Assembly: GCA_048193585.1 (NCBI GenBank)
Contig: DBFAAM010000029.1
Location: forward strand, 27,444-91,443
Direction of reading: 5' to 3'
DNA: 64,000 nucleotides
Origin: Collinsella aerofaciens
GTDB taxonomy: Bacteria; Actinomycetota; Coriobacteriia; Coriobacteriales; Coriobacteriaceae
Shown: in pieces, positions 1 to 8,487 of the stretch
Layout of the letters: every line of letters starts with the position of its first letter
How positions within the stretch are numbered: position 1 is the first letter of the stretch
Position numbers and translations under genes: made by a program
Notes under the pieces: model-generated
Databases searched by the model: none
Told to the model about the DNA's origin: nothing
The model's input: the letters and a program-made list of their open reading frames with translations, nothing else

Positions 1-103
1 GAAAGAGCCGCAATAAAAGCAGCTCTTCCAACAAAGCAATTATCAGCGAAGACGCCCCTCCCTGGCCCGACGGCATCCGGGCGAAACGAAGAGCGACAAC
101 GTA

Positions 104-205
104 GTCCCTGGGATGGGGCCCACACATATCGTCCCGCGCGCAGTTTCGCAGCGCAGCGAGAATGTTTGAGCACGGGATGATATGTGTGGGCCCCATCCCA
201 GGGAC
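104..205. repeat. 36-bp-arm inverted repeat (extragenic palindrome, MITE/REP-like)
   Basis: gtccctgggatggggcccacacatatcgtcccgcgc (104-139) is the reverse complement of 170-205 with 2 mismatches; lies just downstream of def. Confidence 0.85.
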
Positions 206-216
206 GGACAATTAAC

Positions 217-753
217 CTATTCGGTCTCGCCCGGTCGAGCGCCGCGGGCCAGGGCGTCCTGGTACTCCTTGACGGCCTTGATCCTCTGCATCGGCTTCAG
301 TCGCTCGAACATGGTATTGCCGTGCAGATGGTCGATCTCGTGCTGCAGGCACACGCAGAACAGATCGCCCGAGGCCTCATAGCGAATCAGGTTGGCGTCC
401 AAGTCGTACGCCTCGACGACGACATGGTCGGGACGCTCGATCTCGCAGCTAATGCCAGGAATGGAAAGGCAGCCCTCGCTAAACGGCACCAGATGGTCGC
501 TCTGCTCCACAATCACGGGATTGATGAGCACGTACGGATCGTAGTCATTCTTGTCGCTGTAGTCACAGTCGATTGTGACAAGCTGAATGAGCTCGCCGAT
601 CTGCGGGGCAGCCAGGCCGCAGCCGCCGTTCTCGAACATCATCTTCTTCATCTTCTCGGCAAGCGCCTCGATCGCCGGGGTGATCTCCTCGATGACGGCG
701 CACTCCTGGCGTAAACGAGGGTCGGGCGACAGTACGATTCCGTTGGCTTCCAT
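217..753 (-). CDS. def: peptide deformylase
   Basis: GCGLAAPQ, EGCLS and QHEIDH motifs; ATG at 753 best spaced from the GAAAGG RBS (759 also possible). Confidence 0.97.
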   Translation of the reverse strand: MEANGIVLSPDPRLRQECAVIEEITPAIEALAEKMKKMMFENGGCGLAAPQIGELIQLVTIDCDYSDKNDYDPYVLINPVIVEQSDHLVPFSEGCLSIPGISCEIERPDHVVVEAYDLDANLIRYEASGDLFCVCLQHEIDHLHGNTMFERLKPMQRIKAVKEYQDALARGARPGETE

Positions 754-771
754 GGCCATCCTTTCGGGTTG

Positions 772-3225
772 TTACATCAAATCATAGGCGTCGACGTCAA
801 CGCTCACGCTCACGCCGCGCACAGAGCCCACCTCTTTGAGACAGGCGTCGATATCATCAGAGACATGGTACCCCACGGGCGACTTCACAAGCAGATGGAA
901 GCGGTAACGGTCCTTGGCTCTCTCGATTACACACGAAGCAGGGCCCAGCACCTGCGGCACGGCACTCCCCGCCCGCAAAAAGTCGGGCGCGACGGCATGC
1001 CAGCGACGCTTAAGAAGCTTTGCGATGCGTCCGATGTAGTCCTGCGCGTCGTCTCGGTTCGCCGACCACACCAGGATGTTGACCAGGCGAACAAACGGCG
1101 GGTACAACGCGTCGCGGCGCTGATCCAGGTCGTAGTCGGTAAAGATCGAACGGTCGTGCTCAGCGACGGCGCGAATGACCGGGTCCTCGGGCAGATAGGT
1201 CTGGATGATGACCTCACCGGGGCGATCGCCGCGTCCGGCACGACCCGCGACCTGCTCCAGCAAATCGTAGGCGCGCTCCCCTGCGCGGAAGTCCGGCAGC
1301 TTGAGGGCAAAGTCGGCATTGACCACGCCCACGAGCGTGACCTCGGGAAAGTCGAGACCCTTTGCGATCATTTGGGTGCCCAGCAACACGGCGCAATCGG
1401 CCGCATCGAACTGCTCGAGCAGCTTTTTGTGCGCATCCTTGCCGCGCGTGGAATCGGCATCCATGCGAATAATGGCGACGTCCTCGGGAAGCATCTGGTG
1501 CAGTGCGTCCTCGATCTGCTGCGTGCCCAGACCCATTTTTGCCAGGTAGCGACTGCCACATTTGGGGCAACGGCTCATGGGCGCGGGATAGGGCTGCACG
1601 CGCCAGGACGATCCGCAGGTGTGGCACTGCAGCGTGTGCGTGCGTTCGTGGTACGTGAGCGCGGTGGAGCAGTGGTTGCAGGTGGGCACGCAGCCGCATT
1701 CGCGGCACATTAAAAACGGCGCAAAGCCGCGGCGGTTATGCAGCAGCACAGCCTTCTCGCGGCGCTCGATCACACGCTCCAGACCTTCCATCAGCGGTTT
1801 TGAGAACATGGAGCGACTGCCGTGCGAGAACTCGCGGCGCAGGTCGGCGATCCTGACCGTAGGCGGCACAGCGCCTCCCGGGCGCTCGGGCATCTCGACG
1901 CGCGTCCAGGTGCCACCGTTATACGTGCCACGGCGGCAACGATCGAGTGCCTCAGCAGAAGGCGTGGCGGAGCCCAACACAAGCGGACAGCGGTAGCGCC
2001 GCGCCATCTCGGCCGCCACCTCGCGCGCATGGTAGCGCGGACTGGAGCCCTGCTTGTAGCTGGTCTCGTGCTCCTCGTCGATGATGATGAGGCCTAGGTC
2101 ACTGAGCGGGCAAAAGAGCGCCGAGCGGGCGCCCACGACCACGCGTGCGGCACCGCTGGCGACCATATCCCACTGGTCCAGACGCTCACCAGCAGAAAGA
2201 CGCGAATGGAACACAGCAACCGTCTCGCCAAAGCGCGAGCGAAAACGGCCGACGGTTTGAGCCGTCAGCGATATCTCGGGCACAAGCACGCAGGCCGAGC
2301 GACCGGCCGCGAGCACACGCTCGATAGCGGAGAGGTAAACCTCGGTTTTGCCGGAGCCCGTAACACCGTCCACGAGCACCACGTCACCGTGGGCGTCAAG
2401 GCGGGCGCGCTCAATCTGCGCGAGCGCCTGCTGCTGACCGTTCGTGAGCGCAACCGGAGCCTTGCCGCTTGCCGAAGACAGCGTGGTCTGCTCGCTGCAA
2501 CCGCGCCAGGCACGGCGCTCCTCCACCACCACGACGCCGCGTTTTTCGAGCGCCTTGATGGTCGCCGACATACTGTTGTAGAGCAGGTTGAGGTCACGCG
2601 TCGTGACAGGGCCGCATTGGAGCGCCTCGATGAGCTGGCGCTGGCGAACCGCTGTCTTGGGCGGCGTGTAGTCGAAACCCTCGGGCGTGAGCATGACCCA
2701 GCGGTTTTGGATAGGTTTGACGGCAGGGCGCTCAACGGTCCACACGCCGTCATCGCCCTTGACCACGCGCGGACTTCCACCAGGGGGCAAGAACAGGCGC
2801 AGGCACTCGGAAAGCGTTGCGACGTACTCGCGGCTCATCCAGCGTGCGATGCGTGCAGCCTCGGCGGTAAAGAGCGGCTTACTGAGGATGGCCTCGATAG
2901 GCTTGATGCGCGCGGGATCGAGGGTGATGTTGCCTTGCAGGTTGGCCAGCTCGGGCGCAATGTCGACGATGTAGCCCGCGGCCGCACGGTTGCCAAAATG
3001 AACTAGGACGGTGGAGCCGATCTGGGCATCGTTGGCGAGTGACTGCGGAATGCCGTAGGCAAACGGCTCGGACAGCGCACGGGTCGGGATGTCGAGGACC
3101 ACGCTCGCAAAGGCGGCAACGGGCTCGGGTGTTGGCTCGGGCTGCGCCGGGGCGGCAGCGGATGCCGGCGCCGCCGGAGTCTCCTCCGGTTCGGGCGAAC
3201 CAAACAGCGACAGTTGCTCGGCCAT
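772..3225 (-). CDS. priA: primosomal protein N' (replication restart helicase)
   Basis: GVTGSGKT Walker A, DEEH, SATPS, four CxxC zinc motifs, GTQMIAKGLDF, QVAGRAGR. Confidence 0.97.
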   Translation of the reverse strand: MAEQLSLFGSPEPEETPAAPASAAAPAQPEPTPEPVAAFASVVLDIPTRALSEPFAYGIPQSLANDAQIGSTVLVHFGNRAAAGYIVDIAPELANLQGNITLDPARIKPIEAILSKPLFTAEAARIARWMSREYVATLSECLRLFLPPGGSPRVVKGDDGVWTVERPAVKPIQNRWVMLTPEGFDYTPPKTAVRQRQLIEALQCGPVTTRDLNLLYNSMSATIKALEKRGVVVVEERRAWRGCSEQTTLSSASGKAPVALTNGQQQALAQIERARLDAHGDVVLVDGVTGSGKTEVYLSAIERVLAAGRSACVLVPEISLTAQTVGRFRSRFGETVAVFHSRLSAGERLDQWDMVASGAARVVVGARSALFCPLSDLGLIIIDEEHETSYKQGSSPRYHAREVAAEMARRYRCPLVLGSATPSAEALDRCRRGTYNGGTWTRVEMPERPGGAVPPTVRIADLRREFSHGSRSMFSKPLMEGLERVIERREKAVLLHNRRGFAPFLMCRECGCVPTCNHCSTALTYHERTHTLQCHTCGSSWRVQPYPAPMSRCPKCGSRYLAKMGLGTQQIEDALHQMLPEDVAIIRMDADSTRGKDAHKKLLEQFDAADCAVLLGTQMIAKGLDFPEVTLVGVVNADFALKLPDFRAGERAYDLLEQVAGRAGRGDRPGEVIIQTYLPEDPVIRAVAEHDRSIFTDYDLDQRRDALYPPFVRLVNILVWSANRDDAQDYIGRIAKLLKRRWHAVAPDFLRAGSAVPQVLGPASCVIERAKDRYRFHLLVKSPVGYHVSDDIDACLKEVGSVRGVSVSVDVDAYDLM

Positions 3226-3314
3226 GGCCTCAGCACCTCCCATCCCATACGTCTACAGAAACAAGAGCCCCGCTCGGGGTGAACGGGGCTCGGATACATA
3301 CGTTTGCGCAGCGA

Positions 3315-4790
3315 TTACAGCGCCATCGTGCGGGCGCGGTCGATACGCGCCAGGCAGTCGTCGCGGCCGACGAGCGCCATGGTCTCGCCCAGCGGGGGGC
3401 TCACCATGTTGCCGCAGACGGCGACGCGCACAGCTTGGAACACCACGCGCTTCTTGAGGTCCATCTGCTCGGGCAGCGGCTCAAGCGCGGCGTCGATGTT
3501 GGCGGCAGTCCATTCGTCCACGCCCTCGAGCGCGGTCTTGGCGGCGTCCAGAATGGCACCCATGCCCTCCTTGGCCAGGCCCTTGTTGACGGACTTCTCG
3601 TCGTACTCGAGCGTCTCGGCCGTAGCGAAGATGGGAGCGGCAACGGTCACGGCGTCGGCCGGCATCTTGGTGCGCGGCTTGACGATGGCGGCAAGCGCGT
3701 CGATCCAGTCCTCGCCGTACTCGACATTACCCTCGATGAGACCCGCCTCGTGCAGCTCGGGGACCATGATCTCGTCGGCAAACTGAGCATCGGCCATGCC
3801 GTTGATGTACTCGGCGTTAACCCAGTCGAGCTTCTTGGGGTCGAAGGTCGCCGGGTTCTTGGAGATGCGGTCGAGCGAGAACTTGCTGGCCAGGACATCT
3901 CGCGGGATGATCGTGGTCTCGCCGTCGAGCGACCAGCCGAGCAGCGCCAGGTAGTTGACGAAGGCGTCGGACAGGTAACCGGCGTCGCGGTACTCCTCCA
4001 CCGAGGTGGCGCCGTGGCGCTTGGAGAGCTTCTTGCCGTCGGCGCCCAGAATCATGGAAATGTGAGCGAACGTGGGCACGGGCGCGCCGAGGGCCTCATA
4101 GACCATGACCTGACGCGGGGTGTTGGACAGGTGGTCGTCGCCACGGATGACATGGGTGATCTTCATCATGGCGTCGTCGACGACGGTCGCGAAGTTGTAC
4201 GTGGGCGTGTCATCGGAGCGGAAGATGACAAAGTCGTCGAGCTCCTTGGCGTCGAAGGTCACCTCGCCGTGGACGGCGTCGTGGATGACGACGTCGCCGC
4301 GGTCCTCGGGAACCTTGATACGCAGGACGTAGGACTCGCCGGCCTCGATGCGACGGCGGGCCTCCTCGGGATCAAGATCGCGGCAACGGCGCTGATAACC
4401 CTGGAAGGGGTCCTTGCGCTCCTGCGCGGCCTTGCGGTCGGCGTCGAGCTGCTCCTTGGTGCAGAAGCAGGGATAGGCCTTGCCCTCGTCCCAAAGCTTC
4501 TGGGCGGCCTGCTTGTACAGGTCCAGGCGCTCGGTCTGGGCGTAGGGGCCAAAATCGCCGCCCACCTCGGGACCCTCGTCCCAGTCCAGGCCCAGCCAAC
4601 GCATGGCGCGCAGGATGATCTGCGTGTTCTCGTCGGTGGAGCGGGTGGGGTCGGTGTCGTCGATGCGCAGGATGAACGTGCCGCCGTTAGCACGGGCGAA
4701 AGCCCAGTTATAGATAGCGGTGCGGGCGCCGCCAATGTGCAGCTTGCCCGTCGGTGAGGGTGCAAAGCGGACGCGAACGTCTGATGCCAT
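3315..4790 (-). CDS. gltX: glutamate--tRNA ligase
   Basis: RFAPSPTGKLHIGG (HIGH) and KLSKR motifs. Confidence 0.97.
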   Translation of the reverse strand: MASDVRVRFAPSPTGKLHIGGARTAIYNWAFARANGGTFILRIDDTDPTRSTDENTQIILRAMRWLGLDWDEGPEVGGDFGPYAQTERLDLYKQAAQKLWDEGKAYPCFCTKEQLDADRKAAQERKDPFQGYQRRCRDLDPEEARRRIEAGESYVLRIKVPEDRGDVVIHDAVHGEVTFDAKELDDFVIFRSDDTPTYNFATVVDDAMMKITHVIRGDDHLSNTPRQVMVYEALGAPVPTFAHISMILGADGKKLSKRHGATSVEEYRDAGYLSDAFVNYLALLGWSLDGETTIIPRDVLASKFSLDRISKNPATFDPKKLDWVNAEYINGMADAQFADEIMVPELHEAGLIEGNVEYGEDWIDALAAIVKPRTKMPADAVTVAAPIFATAETLEYDEKSVNKGLAKEGMGAILDAAKTALEGVDEWTAANIDAALEPLPEQMDLKKRVVFQAVRVAVCGNMVSPPLGETMALVGRDDCLARIDRARTMAL

Positions 4791-4874
4791 GGATATCTCC
4801 TCGATTGCAGAATGGATGTCTAACCGCACCAGTATAAAGCATCAAAGCAACCTCCGCACAAAGGGCACCGACCC

Positions 4875-5029
4875 ACTCATTGGGGACAGACTTAAATGAC
4901 CAGTCGGAGCTGACTGACAAGGAGTGTCCACAGGTGCCACAAGAGAGTCTAAGGCTGTTCATTTAAGTCTGTCCCCAATGAATACCCAATGAATACCCGG
5001 TTGGTAATTTAAGCCTGTCCCCAATGAGT
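4875..5029. repeat. three copies of a 27-bp unit (one forward, two inverted) in the gltX-metK divergent intergenic region
   Basis: actcattggggacagacttaaatgacc at 4875-4901; reverse-complement copies at 4957-4983 and 5003-5029, 2 mismatches each. Confidence 0.85.
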
Positions 5030-5138
5030 AGGTGCGGAAAGGGTGTGAATGTTTGATTTACGCGCTATGATGTGCCCTGTCATAGAGAGCCCGGCGGAAT
5101 GGTAACGGTCGCCGGGACACGTTTTTGAAAGGACTATC

Positions 5139-6419
5139 ATGTCAGAAGAACTTCGTTCCATCCCACCCCAACACGGGTCCTTTGTTTTTACGTCGGAGTC
5201 GGTGACCGAAGGTCATCCCGATAAGATCGCTGACCAGATCAGCGACGCCGTCCTCGACGCAATCCTCGCCAAAGAAATAGAGCTCCAGGAGCAGGGCTAC
5301 ATCGCGCCCAACGGCGTGCCTGCCAACGTCGAGAACGTCCGCTGCGCCTGCGAGACCCTCGTGACCACCGGCACCGTCATCGTCGCCGGCGAGATCCGCA
5401 CCCAGGCCTACGTCGACGTACAGGAGATTGCCCGCGGCGTTATCCGCCGCATTGGCTACAACCGTGCCAAGTTCGGTTTTGACTGCGACACCTGCGGCGT
5501 TATGAGCCTCATCCACGAGCAGTCGCCCGATATCGCCCAGGGCGTTGACGAGTCATTCGAGACCCAGACCGGTGCTACCACAGACCCGATCGACCTGATC
5601 GGCGCCGGCGACCAGGGCATGATGTTCGGTTATGCCTCCAACGAGACCAAGACCCTCATGCCCATGCCGCACTACCTGGCAAGCCGTCTGGCTGAGCGCC
5701 TGGCCGCCGTGCGTCACGACGGTACCCTGCCCTATCTGCGTCCCGACGGCAAGACCCAGGTCACCGTGCGCTACGAGGACGGCAAGCCCGTCGAGGTCAC
5801 GACCATCGTCATCTCCACGCAGCACGCCGCCGAGATCGAGGACATGGGCAAGATCAAGGCCGACCTCATTGAACACGTCATAACCCCGGTCATGGCCGCT
5901 GAGAACATGCCGTGGGATAACGCGGACATCTACGTGAACCCCACCGGTCGCTTTGTCGTGGGCGGACCTATGGGTGACACGGGACTGACTGGCCGCAAGA
6001 TCATCGTCGACACCTACGGCGGCTATGGCCGTCACGGCGGCGGTGCCTTTAGCGGCAAGGACTGCACCAAGGTCGACCGCTCCGCCGCGTATGCCGCGCG
6101 CTGGGTCGCCAAGAACGTGGTCGCCGCCGGCCTTGCCGACCGCTGCGAAGTCGAACTTGCCTACGCCATCGGCGTTTCCAAGCCCCTCTCAATCATGGTC
6201 GACACCTTCGGTACCGCGAATGTTGCCGAGGACAGGATCGTCGAGGCCGTAGAGAAGACCTTCGACCTGCGCCCGGGCGCAATCATCCGCGACCTAGATC
6301 TGCGTCGCCCCATCTACGAAAAGACGGCAGCCTACGGTCACTTTGGCCGAGAAGACGCCGACTTCACCTGGGAGAAGACCGACCGAGTCGAAGAACTCAA
6401 AGCAGCCTGCGGCCTGTAA
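5139..6419 (+). CDS. metK: S-adenosylmethionine synthetase
   Basis: [28 protein letters not shown] motifs; GAAAGGA RBS. Confidence 0.98.
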   Translation: MSEELRSIPPQHGSFVFTSESVTEGHPDKIADQISDAVLDAILAKEIELQEQGYIAPNGVPANVENVRCACETLVTTGTVIVAGEIRTQAYVDVQEIARGVIRRIGYNRAKFGFDCDTCGVMSLIHEQSPDIAQGVDESFETQTGATTDPIDLIGAGDQGMMFGYASNETKTLMPMPHYLASRLAERLAAVRHDGTLPYLRPDGKTQVTVRYEDGKPVEVTTIVISTQHAAEIEDMGKIKADLIEHVITPVMAAENMPWDNADIYVNPTGRFVVGGPMGDTGLTGRKIIVDTYGGYGRHGGGAFSGKDCTKVDRSAAYAARWVAKNVVAAGLADRCEVELAYAIGVSKPLSIMVDTFGTANVAEDRIVEAVEKTFDLRPGAIIRDLDLRRPIYEKTAAYGHFGREDADFTWEKTDRVEELKAACGL

Positions 6420-6456
6420 TTAAGAGCCGCTAATGTCACAACACGCATGCGCTTTC

Positions 6457-6492
6457 AAAAGAAGCACCGCCCCCAAGCGGTGCTTCTTTTTT
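6457..6492 (+). terminator. intrinsic terminator after metK
   Basis: aaaagaagcaccgc / gcggtgcttctttt stem followed by a T run. Confidence 0.85.
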
Positions 6493-6586
6493 ATTAATCC
6501 GGTGGTGAAGATGCTTCGATATGAGCCTACGCTGCGTCACCAGCTAATGAATTTTGCAGCACACGCGCCTCTACCATGTATCCTTA

Positions 6587-6707
6587 GTTCCGAGGGCTTT
6601 GGTATTTGGTCGGTCGCGAGTTCCGCACGAGCCGGAGGCCACTTAATGTGGCCTCCGTGCGAGCCAGGACTGTAGAGCAGGCGACCAAATACCAAAGTCC
6701 TCGGAAC
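6587..6707. repeat. nested inverted repeat upstream of the serine dehydratase gene
   Basis: 26-bp outer arms 6587-6612 / 6682-6707 (1 G.U) enclosing a perfect 10-bp stem cggaggccac/gtggcctccg (6633-6657). Confidence 0.85.
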
Positions 6708-6730
6708 GACGGGATAGAACAGGAGCACCC

Positions 6731-8338
6731 ATGGCAGGCAAGCCGCAAACACTAGCTACGACCTCGGCATTCGAGATCTTGGGCCCCGTCATGGTCGGCC
6801 CCAGCTCATCACACACCGCCGGCGCCCTGCGCTGCGCCCAAGTTGCCGCCAGCCTGCTAGAAGGCCGCATTACCAAAGTCACCTTTGGCCTGTGGAACTC
6901 CTTCGCCCACACTTACCGCGGCCACGGCACCGACCGCGCGCTCGTCGCGGGCATCCTGGGCCTCGACACCGATGACGAAAACATCAAGCAGGCCTTCGAC
7001 CTTGCAAGCGAGCAGGGCCTCGAATATCACTTTGACATCAAGGGCGACGACGCCTCCATCCACCCCAACACCGTCGACATCGAAATGGTCGACGACACGG
7101 GCGCCACGGCACAGGTCCGCGGCGAGAGCCTGGGCGGCGGCAAGATGCGCATCAGCCGCATTAACGGCGTCGGCGTCGACATCTCGGGCATGTATTCCAC
7201 GCTCTTCGTGGCGCACAAGGACGTCCCCGGTGTACTCGCCGCGCTCACCAACCTGCTCGCCTACGCCCACGTGAACATCGCCTTCTGCCGCACCTACCGC
7301 ACCGAAGTGGGCGGCCAGGCCTACTCCGTCTTTGAGACCGACGGCGCGCCCGACGACACCGTCGTCCCCATGTTACGTAAGCTCGACAATGTCGATTACG
7401 CGACCTTTATCGAGCTCCCCGGTTCTGCCTCGTCGCTCTCCCCCGGCGTCTCGGCCAAGGAGATCTTCGACGACGGCGAGCAGCTGCTCGATGCGTGCGA
7501 GGAACTGGGGCTCAGCATCGGCGCCGTCATGGCCGTGCGAGAGGCGCGCCTGACCGGTGAGGCGCACGCCGTCGCCACCATGCGCCGCGTGCTCGACGTC
7601 ATGCGCGAGGAGACCACGGCCTCCATCGCCAATCCGCAGCGTTCGCTCGGCGGGCTTATCGGCGGCGAGGCCAAACTCGTCGATGCCACCGGCCGCAACG
7701 ATTTGAGCACGAGCCTGATGGGCGCCGTCCAGACCGACGCCGTGGCCCGCGCCATGGCCGTGCTCGAGCGCTCGGCCACGATGGGCGTAATCGTCGCAGC
7801 TCCGACGGCAGGATCCGCGGGTGTTGTGCCCGGCTGCGTGCTGGCGCTCGCCGATCGCCTGCAACTCGACGACGAGCAGGTCATGGACGCACTCTACTGC
7901 GCAGCCGCCATCGGCCTCAACCTCACCACGAGCGCCTGCGTCGCCGGCGCCGAGGGCGGATGCCAGGCCGAGGTGGGAAGCGCCGCCGCCATGGCAGCCG
8001 CCGCGCTGGTGCAGATGCTCGGCGGCACGCCCGAGCAGGCGCTTGACGCCAGTTCCATCGCGCTGAGTAACCTGCTGGGCCTCGTTTGTGACCCCGTCGG
8101 TGGCCTCGTGGAGGTGCCCTGCCAAAACCGCAACGCCATCGGCGTGGCAGCGGCCTTTAGCTCGGCACAACTCGCCCTCGCAGGCATTAAGAGCCTGGTG
8201 CCGTTTGACCAGATGGCACATGTCATGCTCTCGGTGGGTCACGCGTTGCCGGCCACGCTGCGCGAGACGGCAAAGGGCGGCATCGCGCAGGCTCCGGCCG
8301 CACTTTCGGCCTGTGCAAAATGCGGTGTGTGCGGATAG
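6731..8338 (+). CDS. sdaA: Fe-S L-serine dehydratase, fused beta(+ACT)-alpha chain
   Basis: GPVMVGPSSSHTAGA (beta), ACT-like HKDVPGVLA, APTAGSAG, GCQAEVG, GLVCDPVGGLVEVPC (alpha). Confidence 0.93.
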   Translation: MAGKPQTLATTSAFEILGPVMVGPSSSHTAGALRCAQVAASLLEGRITKVTFGLWNSFAHTYRGHGTDRALVAGILGLDTDDENIKQAFDLASEQGLEYHFDIKGDDASIHPNTVDIEMVDDTGATAQVRGESLGGGKMRISRINGVGVDISGMYSTLFVAHKDVPGVLAALTNLLAYAHVNIAFCRTYRTEVGGQAYSVFETDGAPDDTVVPMLRKLDNVDYATFIELPGSASSLSPGVSAKEIFDDGEQLLDACEELGLSIGAVMAVREARLTGEAHAVATMRRVLDVMREETTASIANPQRSLGGLIGGEAKLVDATGRNDLSTSLMGAVQTDAVARAMAVLERSATMGVIVAAPTAGSAGVVPGCVLALADRLQLDDEQVMDALYCAAAIGLNLTTSACVAGAEGGCQAEVGSAAAMAAAALVQMLGGTPEQALDASSIALSNLLGLVCDPVGGLVEVPCQNRNAIGVAAAFSSAQLALAGIKSLVPFDQMAHVMLSVGHALPATLRETAKGGIAQAPAALSACAKCGVCG

Positions 8339-8356
8339 CGGCAAAGAACGACTCAA

Positions 8357-8383
8357 AGGTGGGACAAATGTCCCACCTCTTTT
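8357..8383 (+). terminator. probable intrinsic terminator
   Basis: aggtgggaca-aa-tgtcccacct hairpin followed by ctttt. Confidence 0.65.
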
Positions 8384-8487
8384 GAATGCCACCGTTTCCG
8401 TACCACAAACAGCAGGGCAATCGCTATAATGCAAGCCCAGTAAAAACACGATGAACCGCAAGGCGAAAATCGAAGGATATGCATACG

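Noticed and set aside
3039..4757. Long antisense ORFs (also 41896-43680, 44457-46568, 58495-60993, 19749-21368, 21921-23297 and others)
   Set aside because: They shadow well-supported genes on the opposite strand or in another frame, as expected in high-GC DNA, and show no recognisable motifs.
4872..5032. Possible mini CRISPR array
   Set aside because: Repeats are in mixed orientation with irregular spacing, there are only three copies, and no cas genes are in the window.
5078..5138. Known SAM riboswitch upstream of metK
   Set aside because: No match to SAM-I, SAM-III or SAM-VI consensus that I can recognise; kept only as a low-score candidate.
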